Source: Chrysemys picta bellii
Lineage: Eukaryota
NCBI RefSeq assembly: GCF_011386835.1
Contig: NC_088806.1
Location: 1,612,001-1,676,000 of the forward strand
Reading direction: 5' to 3'
DNA length: 64,000 nucleotides
Part shown: positions 18,680-29,200 of the stretch, in pieces
How the letters are laid out: every line of letters begins with the position of its first letter
Numbering within the stretch: position 1 is the stretch's first letter
Program-made: the position numbers and the translations under genes
Notes under the pieces: generated by a model
What the model saw: the letters and a program-made list of their open reading frames with translations, nothing else
The model's database searches: none
What the model was told of the DNA's origin: nothing

Positions 18680-20730
18680 CGCCGGTGCCCCTCACTCCCG
18701 ACCCGCAGCCCCTGCCAGCCCGGCCCTGCCCCCCCCCAGCTCTGCCGGTGCCCCTCACTCCCGACCCGCAGCCCCTGCCAGCCCTGCCCTGCCCCCCCCA
18801 GCCCTGCCGGTGCCCCTCACTCCCGCCCCGCAGCCCCTGCCAGCCCGGCCCTGCCCCCCCCCAGCCCTGCCGGTGCCCCTCACTCCCGCCCCGCAGCCCC
18901 TGCCAGCCCTGCCCTGCCCCCCCCAGCTCTGCCGGTGCCCCTCACTCCCGACCCGCAGCCCCTGCCAGCCCAGCCCTGCCCCCCCCAGCTCTGCCGGTGC
19001 CCCTCACTCCCGACCCGCAGCCCCTGCCAGCCCTGCCCTGCCCCCCCCAGCCCTGCCGGTGCCCCTCACTCCCGACCCGCAGCCCCTGCCAGCCCTGCCC
19101 TGCCCCCCCCCAGCTCTGCCGGTGCCCCTCACTCCCGACCCGCAGCCCCTGCCAGCCCAGCCCTGCCCCCCCCCCAGCTCTGCCGGTGCCCCTTACTCCC
19201 GACCCGCAGCCCCCCCAGCCCAGCTCTGCCGGTGCCCCTCACTCTCGACCCGCAGCCCCCCCAGCCCAGCCCTGGGCCCCCCAGCTCTGCCCGTGCCCCT
19301 CACTCCCGACCCGCAGCCCCTGCCAGCCCTGCCCTCACCCCCCCCGCTCTGCTGGTGCCCCTCACTCCCATCCCCAGTCAGGGACAGGCCTTGTGTTTCT
19401 TCAGGCCCCCTGCCCGGTGCGGGGGTGGGGGTTGGGGGCGGGTGTGTCTGTGTATCTATTGCACCAGATTCCCTGAACCCCTTATCTCAGCTCTCCAGAG
19501 TCTAACAGTCCTTGGTGTCAAGGTGCAATTTAAGGGCCTGAGGGTCAGCAATGGTGACCTGAGCCCAGCCAAGCTGGCAAGCCGGCCTCCCAGGGGCTGC
19601 GGGTCAGGAGTGAGGGGCACCGGCAGAGCTGGGGGCTGCGGGTCGGGAGTGAGGGGCACCGGCAGAGCTGGGAGGGGCAGGACTGGGCTGGTGGGGGGGC
19701 TGCGGGTCAAGAGTGAGGGGCACCCATGGGGCTCCGTGCAGCGGGAGGGCTGGCGGGGAATTGTTTATAGTAAATAACGCAGCCCAGACGGGATGGGCTG
19801 AGCCTGGCTGGGTCGCGTGAGCCGCCCCGATAGCCATCGGCCACCAAGTCCTTGAACCAGCCGTAAACAGCCGTGGAGGTCATAGGGGAGGGGGGCTGGA
19901 ATCCTAAAGCAGGTGCCGGTGCCCCTCACTCCGAACGCCCCGCCCCAGCTCTGCTCTGCCGGTGCCCCTCACTCCCGACCCGCAGCCCCCGCTAGCCCAG
20001 CCCTACCCCCCGCAATCCCTACCGGTGCCCCTCACTCCCGACCCAAAGCCCCTGCTAGCCCAGCCCTGCCCCCCACAGCTCTGCCAGTGCCCCTCACTCC
20101 CGACCCGCAGCCCCTGCCAGCCCAGCCCTGCCCCCCCCAGCTCTGCCGGTGCCCCTCACTCCCGACCCGCAACCCCCCACTAGCCCAGCCCTGCCCCCCC
20201 CAGCTCTGCCGGTGCCCCTCACTCCCCACCCGCAGCCCCTGCCAGCCCAGCCCTGCCCCCCCCCCCAGCTCTGCCGGTGCCCCTCACTCCCGACCCGCAG
20301 CCCCTGCCAGCCCGGCCCTGCCCCCCCCCCCCAGCTCTGCCGGTGCCCCTCACTCCCGACCCGCAGCCCCTGCTAGCCCTGTCCTGTCGGTGCCCCTCAC
20401 TCCCGACCCGCAGCCCCTGCCAGCCCAGCTCTGCCCCCCCAAGCTCTGCCAGTGCCCCTCACTCCTGACCCACAGCCCCTGCTAGCCCAGACCTGCCCCC
20501 CCCAGCTCTGTGGGTGCCCCTCACTCCTGACCTGCAGCCCCTGCCAGCCCAGCCCTGCCCGTCCCCAGCTCTGCTCTGCCGGCGCCCCTCACTCCCGACC
20601 CGCAGCCCCTGCTAGCCCAGCCCTGTCGGTGCCCCTCACTCCCGACCCGCAGCCCCTGCTAGCCCAGCCCTGCCCCCCCCCAGCTCTGCCGGTGCCCCTC
20701 ACTCCCGACCTGGAATCCCTGCTAGCCCAG
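18680..20730. repeat. ~60-bp family C minisatellite arrays (short inverted block at ~19590-19720)
   Basis: Unit CCGGTGCCCCTCACTCCCGACCCGCAGCCCCTGCCAGCCCAGCCCTGCCCCCCCCAGCTCTG. Confidence 0.9.
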
Positions 20731-21057
20731 CCCCGAGTCCCGCCCGGCCCCGGCTCTCCGGGTTCACGGCAGGTCTTGACGCCGGTTTCCCAGAATGAGG
20801 TTTATTCTTAGCTCCCAGCGAGATAAACAATTCGGGGCGACGTATTCCCGGAGCCGCCCCCTCCCCTTCCCACAATCCCCTGACCCCCCCCCAGACATCA
20901 GCGGTGACCTCACAAGGGCTCTGCCCTGGCACCACTGCCCCCCCCCACTGGTGAGCCTCTCTCTGCCCCCCAGCACTGCCCCCAATGCTACTTTCCTGCT
21001 CCCCCCAGCCCCAAGGACCCCCCTTACACCCTCCAGCCTGGCAGCCCCCCAGAGGGC

Positions 21058-22557
21058 ATGTCTGCAGCCAGGCCGCCCCTCGCCACCCTCCTCCTAGTGG
21101 CCCTGAATGTGGGGCTCTACCTTCGCCCCCTGGGGTCCCCCGAAAACACCTGCCTCAGCGTGCAGGGGGTCTGGGCTCTGGGCGAGTGGCAGCGCCTCCT
21201 GCTAGCTCCCTTCCACCACCTGGGCTGGGGCCACCTGGGGCTGAACATGGGGGCATTGCTGTGGCTGGGGGCAGGGCTGGAGGGGAGGGTGGGCAGCGCC
21301 CGAGCGGGCTGGATCCTGGGGGGCATGACGCTGCTGGGGGGGCTGGTCCATCTCGGGCTGAACGCGGGGCTGGCGGCCGTCCTGCGAGATCCCTGGCGCC
21401 GGGAACACTGCGCCGTGGGCTTCTCAGGTAGGGAGCCTAGGCCCAGCTGGGTTGGGACCCAGGAGTCCTGGCTCCCAGCCCCCCCCTCCCCCGCTCTAAC
21501 CCACCAGCCCCCACTCCCAGAGCCGGGGAGAGAACCCAGGCGTCCTGCTTTACCTATCCGATCCGTCCCCCCCCCTTTTGCAGGGGTCATCTTCTCTCTG
21601 GAAGCCATGGAGGGTCTCCTAGCGCCTGTCACCATAGTAACCCTGGGCAGCGTCACCATAACCACCAAATGGCTCTGCCTGGCAGAGTGCTTCACCGTGA
21701 CCCTCCTGTACCCCAGGTGGGCGCTAGGGGGCGCCATGGGGCAAAGAGCAGGATGGAGGGTTCAGCAGCGGGTGGGGCAGAGGGCGCTGTGGGGCAGGGC
21801 AGGGGGTCGGGGAGGAGGTGCTGTGGTGCAGGGTGCAGGGCAGGGGGCTCTGTGGGGCAGGGCAGGGGGCTGTGAGGCAGGGGTCACGGCGGGGCAGGAG
21901 GCAGGGCAGAGGGCGCTGTGGGGCAGGGCAGGGGGTGGGGGAGGCGGTGCTGTGGGGCAGGGTGCAGGGCACGGGGCTCTGTGGGGCAGGGCAGGGGGCT
22001 GTGAGGCAGGGGTTGCTGTGGGACAGGGGGTGGGGCAGAGGGCGCTGTGGGGCAGGAGGCGGGGCAGGGGTCACGGCGGGGCAGGAGGCAGGGCAGAGGG
22101 CGCTGTGGGGCAGGGCAGGGGGTGGGGGAGGAGGTGCTGTGGGGCAAGGCAGGGGGAGCTGTGGGCAGGGTAGGGGTTGCTGTGGGACAGGGGGTGGGGC
22201 AGAGGGCGCTGTAGGGGCTGCAGGCAGGGCAGAGGGTGCTGTGGGGCAGGGTGCGGGGTAGGGGTTGCTGTGGGGCAGGGGGTGGGGTAGAGGGCGCTGT
22301 AGGGGCTGCAGGCAGGGCAGAGGGTGCTGTGGGGCAGGGTGCGGGGCAGGGGTTGCTGTGGGTCAGGGGGTGGGGTAGAGGACGCTGTGGGGCAAGGCAG
22401 GGGATTTGTGGGGCAGGGGCACTGCACTGCCCCACTGTAACCCCCACCTCTTCTCCGCAGCAGCTCCTTGACAGGCCACCTGTCTGGAATGCTGGTGGGC
22501 GTGGCTCTGGCGGCCACGCCCCTCGGCTTGGCCACGCCCCTCTCCATTCACTTATGA
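21058..22557 (+). CDS. Rhomboid intramembrane serine protease, RHBDD1/RHBDL4-like paralog, ~198-199 aa
   Basis: Exon 21058-21427 encodes PP.ATL.LVALNV, CLSV, WQRLLLAPFHH, HLGLNM, LEGRVGS and CAVGFS, ending G|GTAGGG. Exon 21584-21716 (TTTTGCAG|GG; 133 nt) encodes GVIFSLEAM...WLCLAE...LYP and ends AG|GTGGGC. Exon 22461/22464-22557 (NAGNAG acceptor) encodes SSLTGHLSGMLVGVAL...IHL-TGA. All phases are compatible. GFSG Ser and GHxxG His are present. Confidence 0.88.
21770..22420. repeat. G-rich minisatellite in rhomboid intron 2
   Basis: Repeated GGGCAGAGGGCGCTGTGGGGCAGG. Confidence 0.8.
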
Positions 22558-23149
22558 TGGGACCACGACTACAATGGCAGAACCGTCCCCACCCCACCGC
22601 CAGGGGGCGCCTGAATCCAAACCCACCCGTGAGTGACAGCACCGCTGGGAGCCCTGTTGGGGCAGGAGGTGGGGCAGGGCAGAGGGCGCTGTGGGGCAGG
22701 AGGTGGGGGGGGGTGGTGGTGGTGGTGGTGGGTTAGAGCAACGGGGGGCTGGGAGCTCGGACGCCTGGGTTCTCTCCCCGGCTCTGGGAGGGGAGTGGGG
22801 GCTGGTGAGTACAGCAGGGGGGACTGGGAGCCAGGACTCCTGGGTTCTCTGGGAGGGGAGGGGTGTGTGTATCTGTGACGCTGGGTGGCCCAGCAGGCCC
22901 CTTGCCCAGCCTGGGGGGGCCCGGTGCAGCAGAGGCTGGAGGGGAGCAGGTGCCCCCCACATCGAACAGCCCGTCTCTCTGTCCCCACAGGCCCAGCCAG
23001 AGCCGTCGGAGCTGCCAGCCCCCCAGCCCAGCCCCACGGCACCTGTTTGGTTCCCAGACCTGTTTTGTCAACCTGGGTCTGGTGCTGTTTGTAGGTAAAC
23101 ACGCCCGGCCTGCGACTGAGAGCCCCTCTGTTTCCACTGCACACAGCGG

Positions 23150-23450
23150 GTGCCTGCCCCACCCCAGGGCGGGGACTGGCTGGCTCAGGGGGGCAGGGGC
23201 CTGTCCCCTCTAGGGGGCTCCGGCTCCCACCCAGCCCCAGGGCGGGGACTGGCTGGCTCAGGGGGGTGGGGAATGGGGCAGGGGCCTGTCCCCTCTAGGG
23301 GGCGCCGGCTCCCCCCCGGCCCCAGGGTGGGGACTGGCTGGCTCAGGGGGCTGGGGAATGGGGCAGGGGCCTGTCCCCTCTAGGGGGTGCCGGCTCCCCC
23401 CCGGCCCCAGGGCAGGGACTGGCGGGCTCAGGGGGCTGGGGAATGGGCTG
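23150..23450. repeat. ~84-bp family D minisatellite
   Basis: GGGGCCTGTCCCCTCTAGGGGGCGCCGGCTCCCACCCAGCCCCAGGG...; the same family occurs at 46750-47400 in reverse orientation. Confidence 0.8.
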
Positions 23451-26202
23451 TCGCACGAGAGAGTGATCCCATGCGTGTGGGAGAGAGCCGGGCAGAGCAA
23501 ACATCCCCTGTCGCCCCCTGACCCGGGGGCACCGTGTGACACGCCCTGGCGCCACCTGCAGGCAGGGCAGCAATGCCCCGTGTGGCCACATGCATCGGTG
23601 TCGTGCAATGAACCACCAAGCGCGTGAGCGGTTGCTGGTGCCAGGCCCAGGGGCGGGCGTGGGGAAAGCAGTGGGGACCCGCTGGCATCACTCAGATAAG
23701 GCCAGAGCGCCTGAGATCAGGGTGCAAAGCGTGCTGATTGGCTGAGGGGGCCTGGGAGAGCACAAGAGAAAGCTCAAGTGGGCGTGTGGGAGGGGAAGTG
23801 TGTGAGAGTGCACTAGTATGCGAGGGCCAAGGCACAGGGAGAGCTTGCGAGAGGTGACGGGCACATGGGGCGGAGGAGACGTGCGAGGCATTGCAAACCT
23901 CCAGAGGCACATGCGGGCAAGAGCATTTGTGCACGCTGAGTCGTGCAAGGGGAGAGAGCAGCAGCCAGGATCACCAGAGAACGTGCGAGAGACGTGCAGT
24001 GGCAGCAGGCAGGGCTGGTGCAGAAGCACAAGATTGCAGCAGCGCTTGTGTAGGATCACAAGACACAGCAGGACACACCCTCACAAGCACCTGTGAGATG
24101 CAAGCTGCATGCGCACAACTGACCCTAAACACACGCAAGGGTAGGAGTGGGGGAGATGCTAAGCACGTGCCCACCCTGTCATGAAGCAAGGACATTTGTA
24201 TGCACGCTCCCACACGCACAGGATTGCACGCGCTTGTGAGTGCATCAGTGCTCACATTCTTGGGGCCTAACAGCGCACGAGCGCATTAGCAGGCAAGCTC
24301 ATTGCAGGCCACACAACTACAGGCATGTGTGAGATCACAAGCACACTGCATTCACAATCACAGGCGGCCACACAGGGTCAGAAGGGCATGCACGGGGTCA
24401 CAAGCATGCTGCACGCAACATCACAAGTGCACATGCTGGATCACAAGCGCACTGCATGCAAAAGCAGAGGCGGATGCACAGGGTCACAAGCGCACTGCAT
24501 GCAAAATCACAAGCGCACATGCCAGATCACAAGCGCATGATCACAAGCGCAACCGCCTGCGAAATCACAAGCGCACGCACAGAGTCTCAAATGGGGCCCA
24601 GCGCATTAGCGGGCCGCCCTCAGCCCGCCAGGCGCCGCTGGATTGGGAGCCACAGCCAGGGCGCCTGGGCAGGGGGCACAGAAGTGGGGGGTGCCAGGAG
24701 GGCTGGCAGGGGGCTCGGGTCCCCCCCCCACAGAGGACGGCAGCCACAAAGGTCCAATATAGATTTTATAGAGCGATCTCGAGAGAACCATTTCCAGCGC
24801 CAAAAACATCTCTATATATTAAAAAGATCATTCACTTTTCTCTCAGAAAAATACTGCCAGCGTGGCCCCTTGTTCCGGGGGGGGACAGGGGACAAAGCAT
24901 GGCCCCCCCACAACCAGGAGGGGGTGTGAAGCTGAGCGAGGGGATATTTGTCCAAAGCAGCAGTGGGGGGTGATCTCCCACGGGGGGGGGGGGGAATGCC
25001 CATTGGCAGCAGCATTTGGGGGCGTCCTGGGGATGGAGGGGCAGGAACAAGATCCCAAGAGGAGAGGAAACTGACAAAGAAATTAGCAAATGGTGGGGCA
25101 GGAGGGAGCCAGGACGCCGGGGTTCTCTCCCCGGCTCTGGGAGGGGAGTGGGGGCTGGTGGGTCAGAGCAGGAGGGGCTGGGAGCCAGGACGCCTGGGTT
25201 CTCTCCCCGGCTCTGGGAGGGGAGTGGGGGCTGGTGGATTAGAGCGGGGGGGCTGTGAGCCAGGACTCCTGGGTTCTCTCCCCAGCGCTTGCAGCAGAGG
25301 GGGGCTGCCCTCGGTGCAGGCCTGGTGTAGATCGGGGTCCCCCTCCCCGCTGAGTGCACGCCGTCAGGGGGGCAGTCCATGCTGGGGATGCTGTTTTGGG
25401 GCTGGAATCTGGGGCGCCCAGGGGCTACGGCTAGCCCCCCAATAGGGGAGGGGGGCAGTAATTCGAGGGCCAGCAGCCCGTGAGGCAGAGCCGGGGGGGC
25501 TGAAGGCCGGGCCAGGTTCCTCCATCCCTGTCTCGGGAGTAGGGGGGCTGGAATGCAGGAGGCTGCGACGAAGCAACTGGCCAAGGATGGGGTGACAGCA
25601 GGGGGGAGGGGTAGTGAGGAGCCAGGACTCCTGGGTTCCACCCCACGAGGAGGGGCCGGGGCTGCACTGTTAGTGGGTCTGGGTGGGGAGAATCTCACTC
25701 AGGCAGAGCCTAGACCGGGGTGGGGTCAGAGCGGCTCAGAAGGGGACAGCCCAGCCCCCCAGGGCTCCCAGCCCCCCAGAGCAGAGCCCCCAGGGCTCCC
25801 AGCCCCTCTTGCTTGGGAGGAGAAGCAGAGAGGGCTCCTCTTCCCAGCATGCATTGCTGCCCCACCTCCAGCTCCCCTAGGGTTCCCCTCTGGACCACAA
25901 GGCCCGGCAGAATCCCAAACCCCGCTTAAGAGCCAGCTAACCCCCGACCCACATTCCCGCCCCCTCCACTTTCCCAGCATGCCCTGCTGAAAAATCCCCA
26001 CCGAGACTAGAAGTCCCAGAATGCCTCGGTGCTGGGCCCAGAACTGCTCTCCTCGGGGCCGGTTCCCTTAGAAGCCATTGCAGTAGTTAAAGCACGTGTT
26101 CCAGCCCATCCCCACGGCGTCAGGGCTGCACAGCCAGAAGCCGGCGCGGGGCGGGTGTGGGGATGGGCACTTCCAGCCCAGAGCAGCCGTCCGGGCACCT
26201 CG

Positions 26203-29200
26203 CTATAAGAAGGGGTTGGTGGCTGGATGCTTGATGACGAAGGGCGGGGACGGAGCTGCCGTCTGGGGGGACAAAGGGGGGTTAGGGAGACTGGGCACAG
26301 GCGGCAGCAGACAGACGGATGGCTGTAACTGCTCACACAGTCAGACACCAATGCCCATCGGATCCCCGACTCGTACCCCACAACCAGCCCAGACCCCAGG
26401 TCCAAGGCTGCTTGTCAGCCGGGCCCCACAGAGAGGGAGTGGGGCACCGCCCATGGGTGAATGGAGTCGACACAGGGGCCGAGGAATGCAGAAACCAGCA
26501 AGGAGGGCGCCACACTGTGTGGATGATGGGACAGATCTGATCTGAGTGACTGGGTGAGTCAGCAGAGCGGCTCTGCCCTAGGGAAACGATGCTGGGACCT
26601 GGCGCTCCAGCTTCGCTGTGGGGCTGTAGCCGGAACCCCCTGGAAAGCAGGGGAAGACGCCAAACGCCGGGAGGGCCCCACTGCAACCCGACCGGCTGGG
26701 AATGGGATGGTCCTCACCATGAAGGGATTGGTGGAGATCCCGACCGGCTGCCCCAACTGGGCTGCAGCAAACCCATCAAAACTGGAACCTGCAGGGGGAG
26801 AGACGAGCTGGCAGAGAACCCAGGAGTCCTGGCTCCCAGCCCCCCCTGCTCTGACCCACCAGCCCCTGATCCCCTCCCAGAGCTGGGGAGAGAACCCAGC
26901 CCCCCCACTCTAACCCACCAGCCCCCACTCCCGTCCCAGAGCCGGGGAGAGAACCCAGGCATCCTGGCTCCCAGCCCCCCCCGCTCTAACCACCAACCCC
27001 ACTCCCGTCCCAGCACCGGGGAGAGAACCCAGGCGTCCAGGGCGGGGGCTCACCTGGCACAGTGCCGTTGGGCTGGAAGGGGTTGGTGTTGGGCCGGGCG
27101 GGCGGGGCGGCAGGCGGGGCGAAGGGGTTGGCGTAGGCTGGAAGAGAGGGTGGCACGGGAGAGGTGGCTCATTGCTACTGGCTGCCGACGGGCGTTAGAG
27201 CCCCCCCGGGCCAAAGCAAAAGCCACCTACCCCCGTAGGCGGGCACGGGGCCGGGCGGGGGCAGGGCCGCCGGCTGGCTCAGGCTCCCGAAGAGGCTGCG
27301 GAGGAGAGAGACGGTGTTAGCCAATCAGAGTGGGCCACCCACAATGCACCTGGTTTCCCCACGGTCCTGAGCCAGGGGCCGACCAGTCTCCTGGGGTCCC
27401 CCGGCCCAGGGGCCACCGGGGGTGTGTGTGTGTGTGTCTCCGGAGAGGGAGTTAATACCTGCTGGGTGCTCCGCCCATGTCCGGGATCCCACTGCTAGGG
27501 TGGCTGGAGGGGGAGGCGCCGAAGCCGCTCACCTGAGCACCCCCTGCTGGCACAGAAGGGAACAGCGCAGTCACCCCCGCCAAGGCGCACACCCTCCCTC
27601 TGGGAGTCGGGGCAGTGGGTGCAGGTTGCCCCCAGGCTGACCCGGCCCCACTTCACCCATCACCTGGGAGAGGCCAGGGAGCAGCGCCGGCTCCCCCGGT
27701 GCCCATGCCAGGCACCGCTGCACTCTTCAGGGGAACATTATTTCTATATTCACTCCCAACTAAACTCAAATTGATTTTCCCTGTCCTGAGCCTGCAGCCA
27801 ACTCCACATGCTGGGGAGAGAACCCAGGAGTCCAGGCTCCCGGCCCCACCGCTCTAACCCACCAGCCCCCACTGCCCTCCCAGAGCTGGGCAGAGAACCC
27901 AGGAGTCCTGGCTCCTAAGTCCCATATCCCAAGGGAGAAGCAAACCACGATCATTATCTCACCAAAGCTGTAACCGCCTGGGACTGTCCGACTGGCTGGA
28001 AACAGGAAGCAGAAAGCAAAGGATTAAAGCAAGAGAGATCCCAGGGGAGCCCCACCCTCCTCCCAGCTAGGGGGACCCCAGGACTTGGGAGCAGGGAATG
28101 GGGACAGTCCCCCAGAAATACCCACCCAAAGAGGGGCAGCAGGGGAAGATCCCCACATGGGGCAACCATTCACCCGCACATTCCCAGCTGAGATAGACTA
28201 ATGGTTGGCCCATTCTCATGAGCCGGGGAGAGAACCCAGGAGTCCTGGCCGCACCCCTGCTCTAACCACTAGACTGCGTGTCGCTGCTCTCTGATGCAGC
28301 GTTCACGTCAAGGAAGGCCCGGGCAGCGGGCGGGGCAGGGGGAGCGTTACCTGCGGCTGTCGGCTGCGTGTGGAATGGCACCGACGCCCCTCCAAATGCC
28401 GACGCTACTGGGCTGCACCCAAAGGCATCAAAATTGGCAAAGGCAGCATGGGCTGGAGTCTGGCCTGGGAAGGACACAAGAGGTCAGCCAGCTCCCAGCC
28501 TGCACTACCCAGTATCATCAGGTGGGGGCCTCGCTAGCTCAGAGCTCTATGGTCAGCCAGCTCCCAGCCTGCACTACCCAGTATGACCACGTGGGGGCCT
28601 CGCTAGCTCAGTGCTCTATGGTCAGCCAGCTCCCAGCCTGCACTACCCAGTATGACCACGTGGGGGCCTCGCTAGCTCAGTGCTCTATGGTCAGCCAGCT
28701 CCCAGCCTGCACTACCCAGTATCACCACATGGGGGCCTCGCTAGCTCAGCGCTCTATGGTCAGCCATCTCCCAGCCTGCACTACCCAGTATCACCACATG
28801 GGGGCCTCGCTAGCTCAGAGCTCTATGGTCAGCCAGCTCCCAGCCTGCACTACCCAGTATGACCACGTGGGGGCCTCGCTAGCTCAGTGCTCTATGGTCA
28901 GCCAGCTCCCAGCCTGCACTACCCAGTATCACCACGTGGGGGCCTCGCTAGCTCAGCGCTCTATGGTCAGCCAGCTCCCAGCCTGCACTACCCAGTATCA
29001 CCACGTGGGGGCCTCGCTAGCTCAGCGCTCTATGGTCAGCCAGCTCCCAGCCTGCACTACCCAGTATCACCATGTGGGGGCCTCGCTAGCTCAGAGCTCT
29101 AATTGCCCAACTCCCAGACTGTACTATCGAGCATCACGTGTCTCTCTAGCCGAGAGCTCTATGGTGCCTCCCAGCTTGCACTACCCAGTATCACCACATG

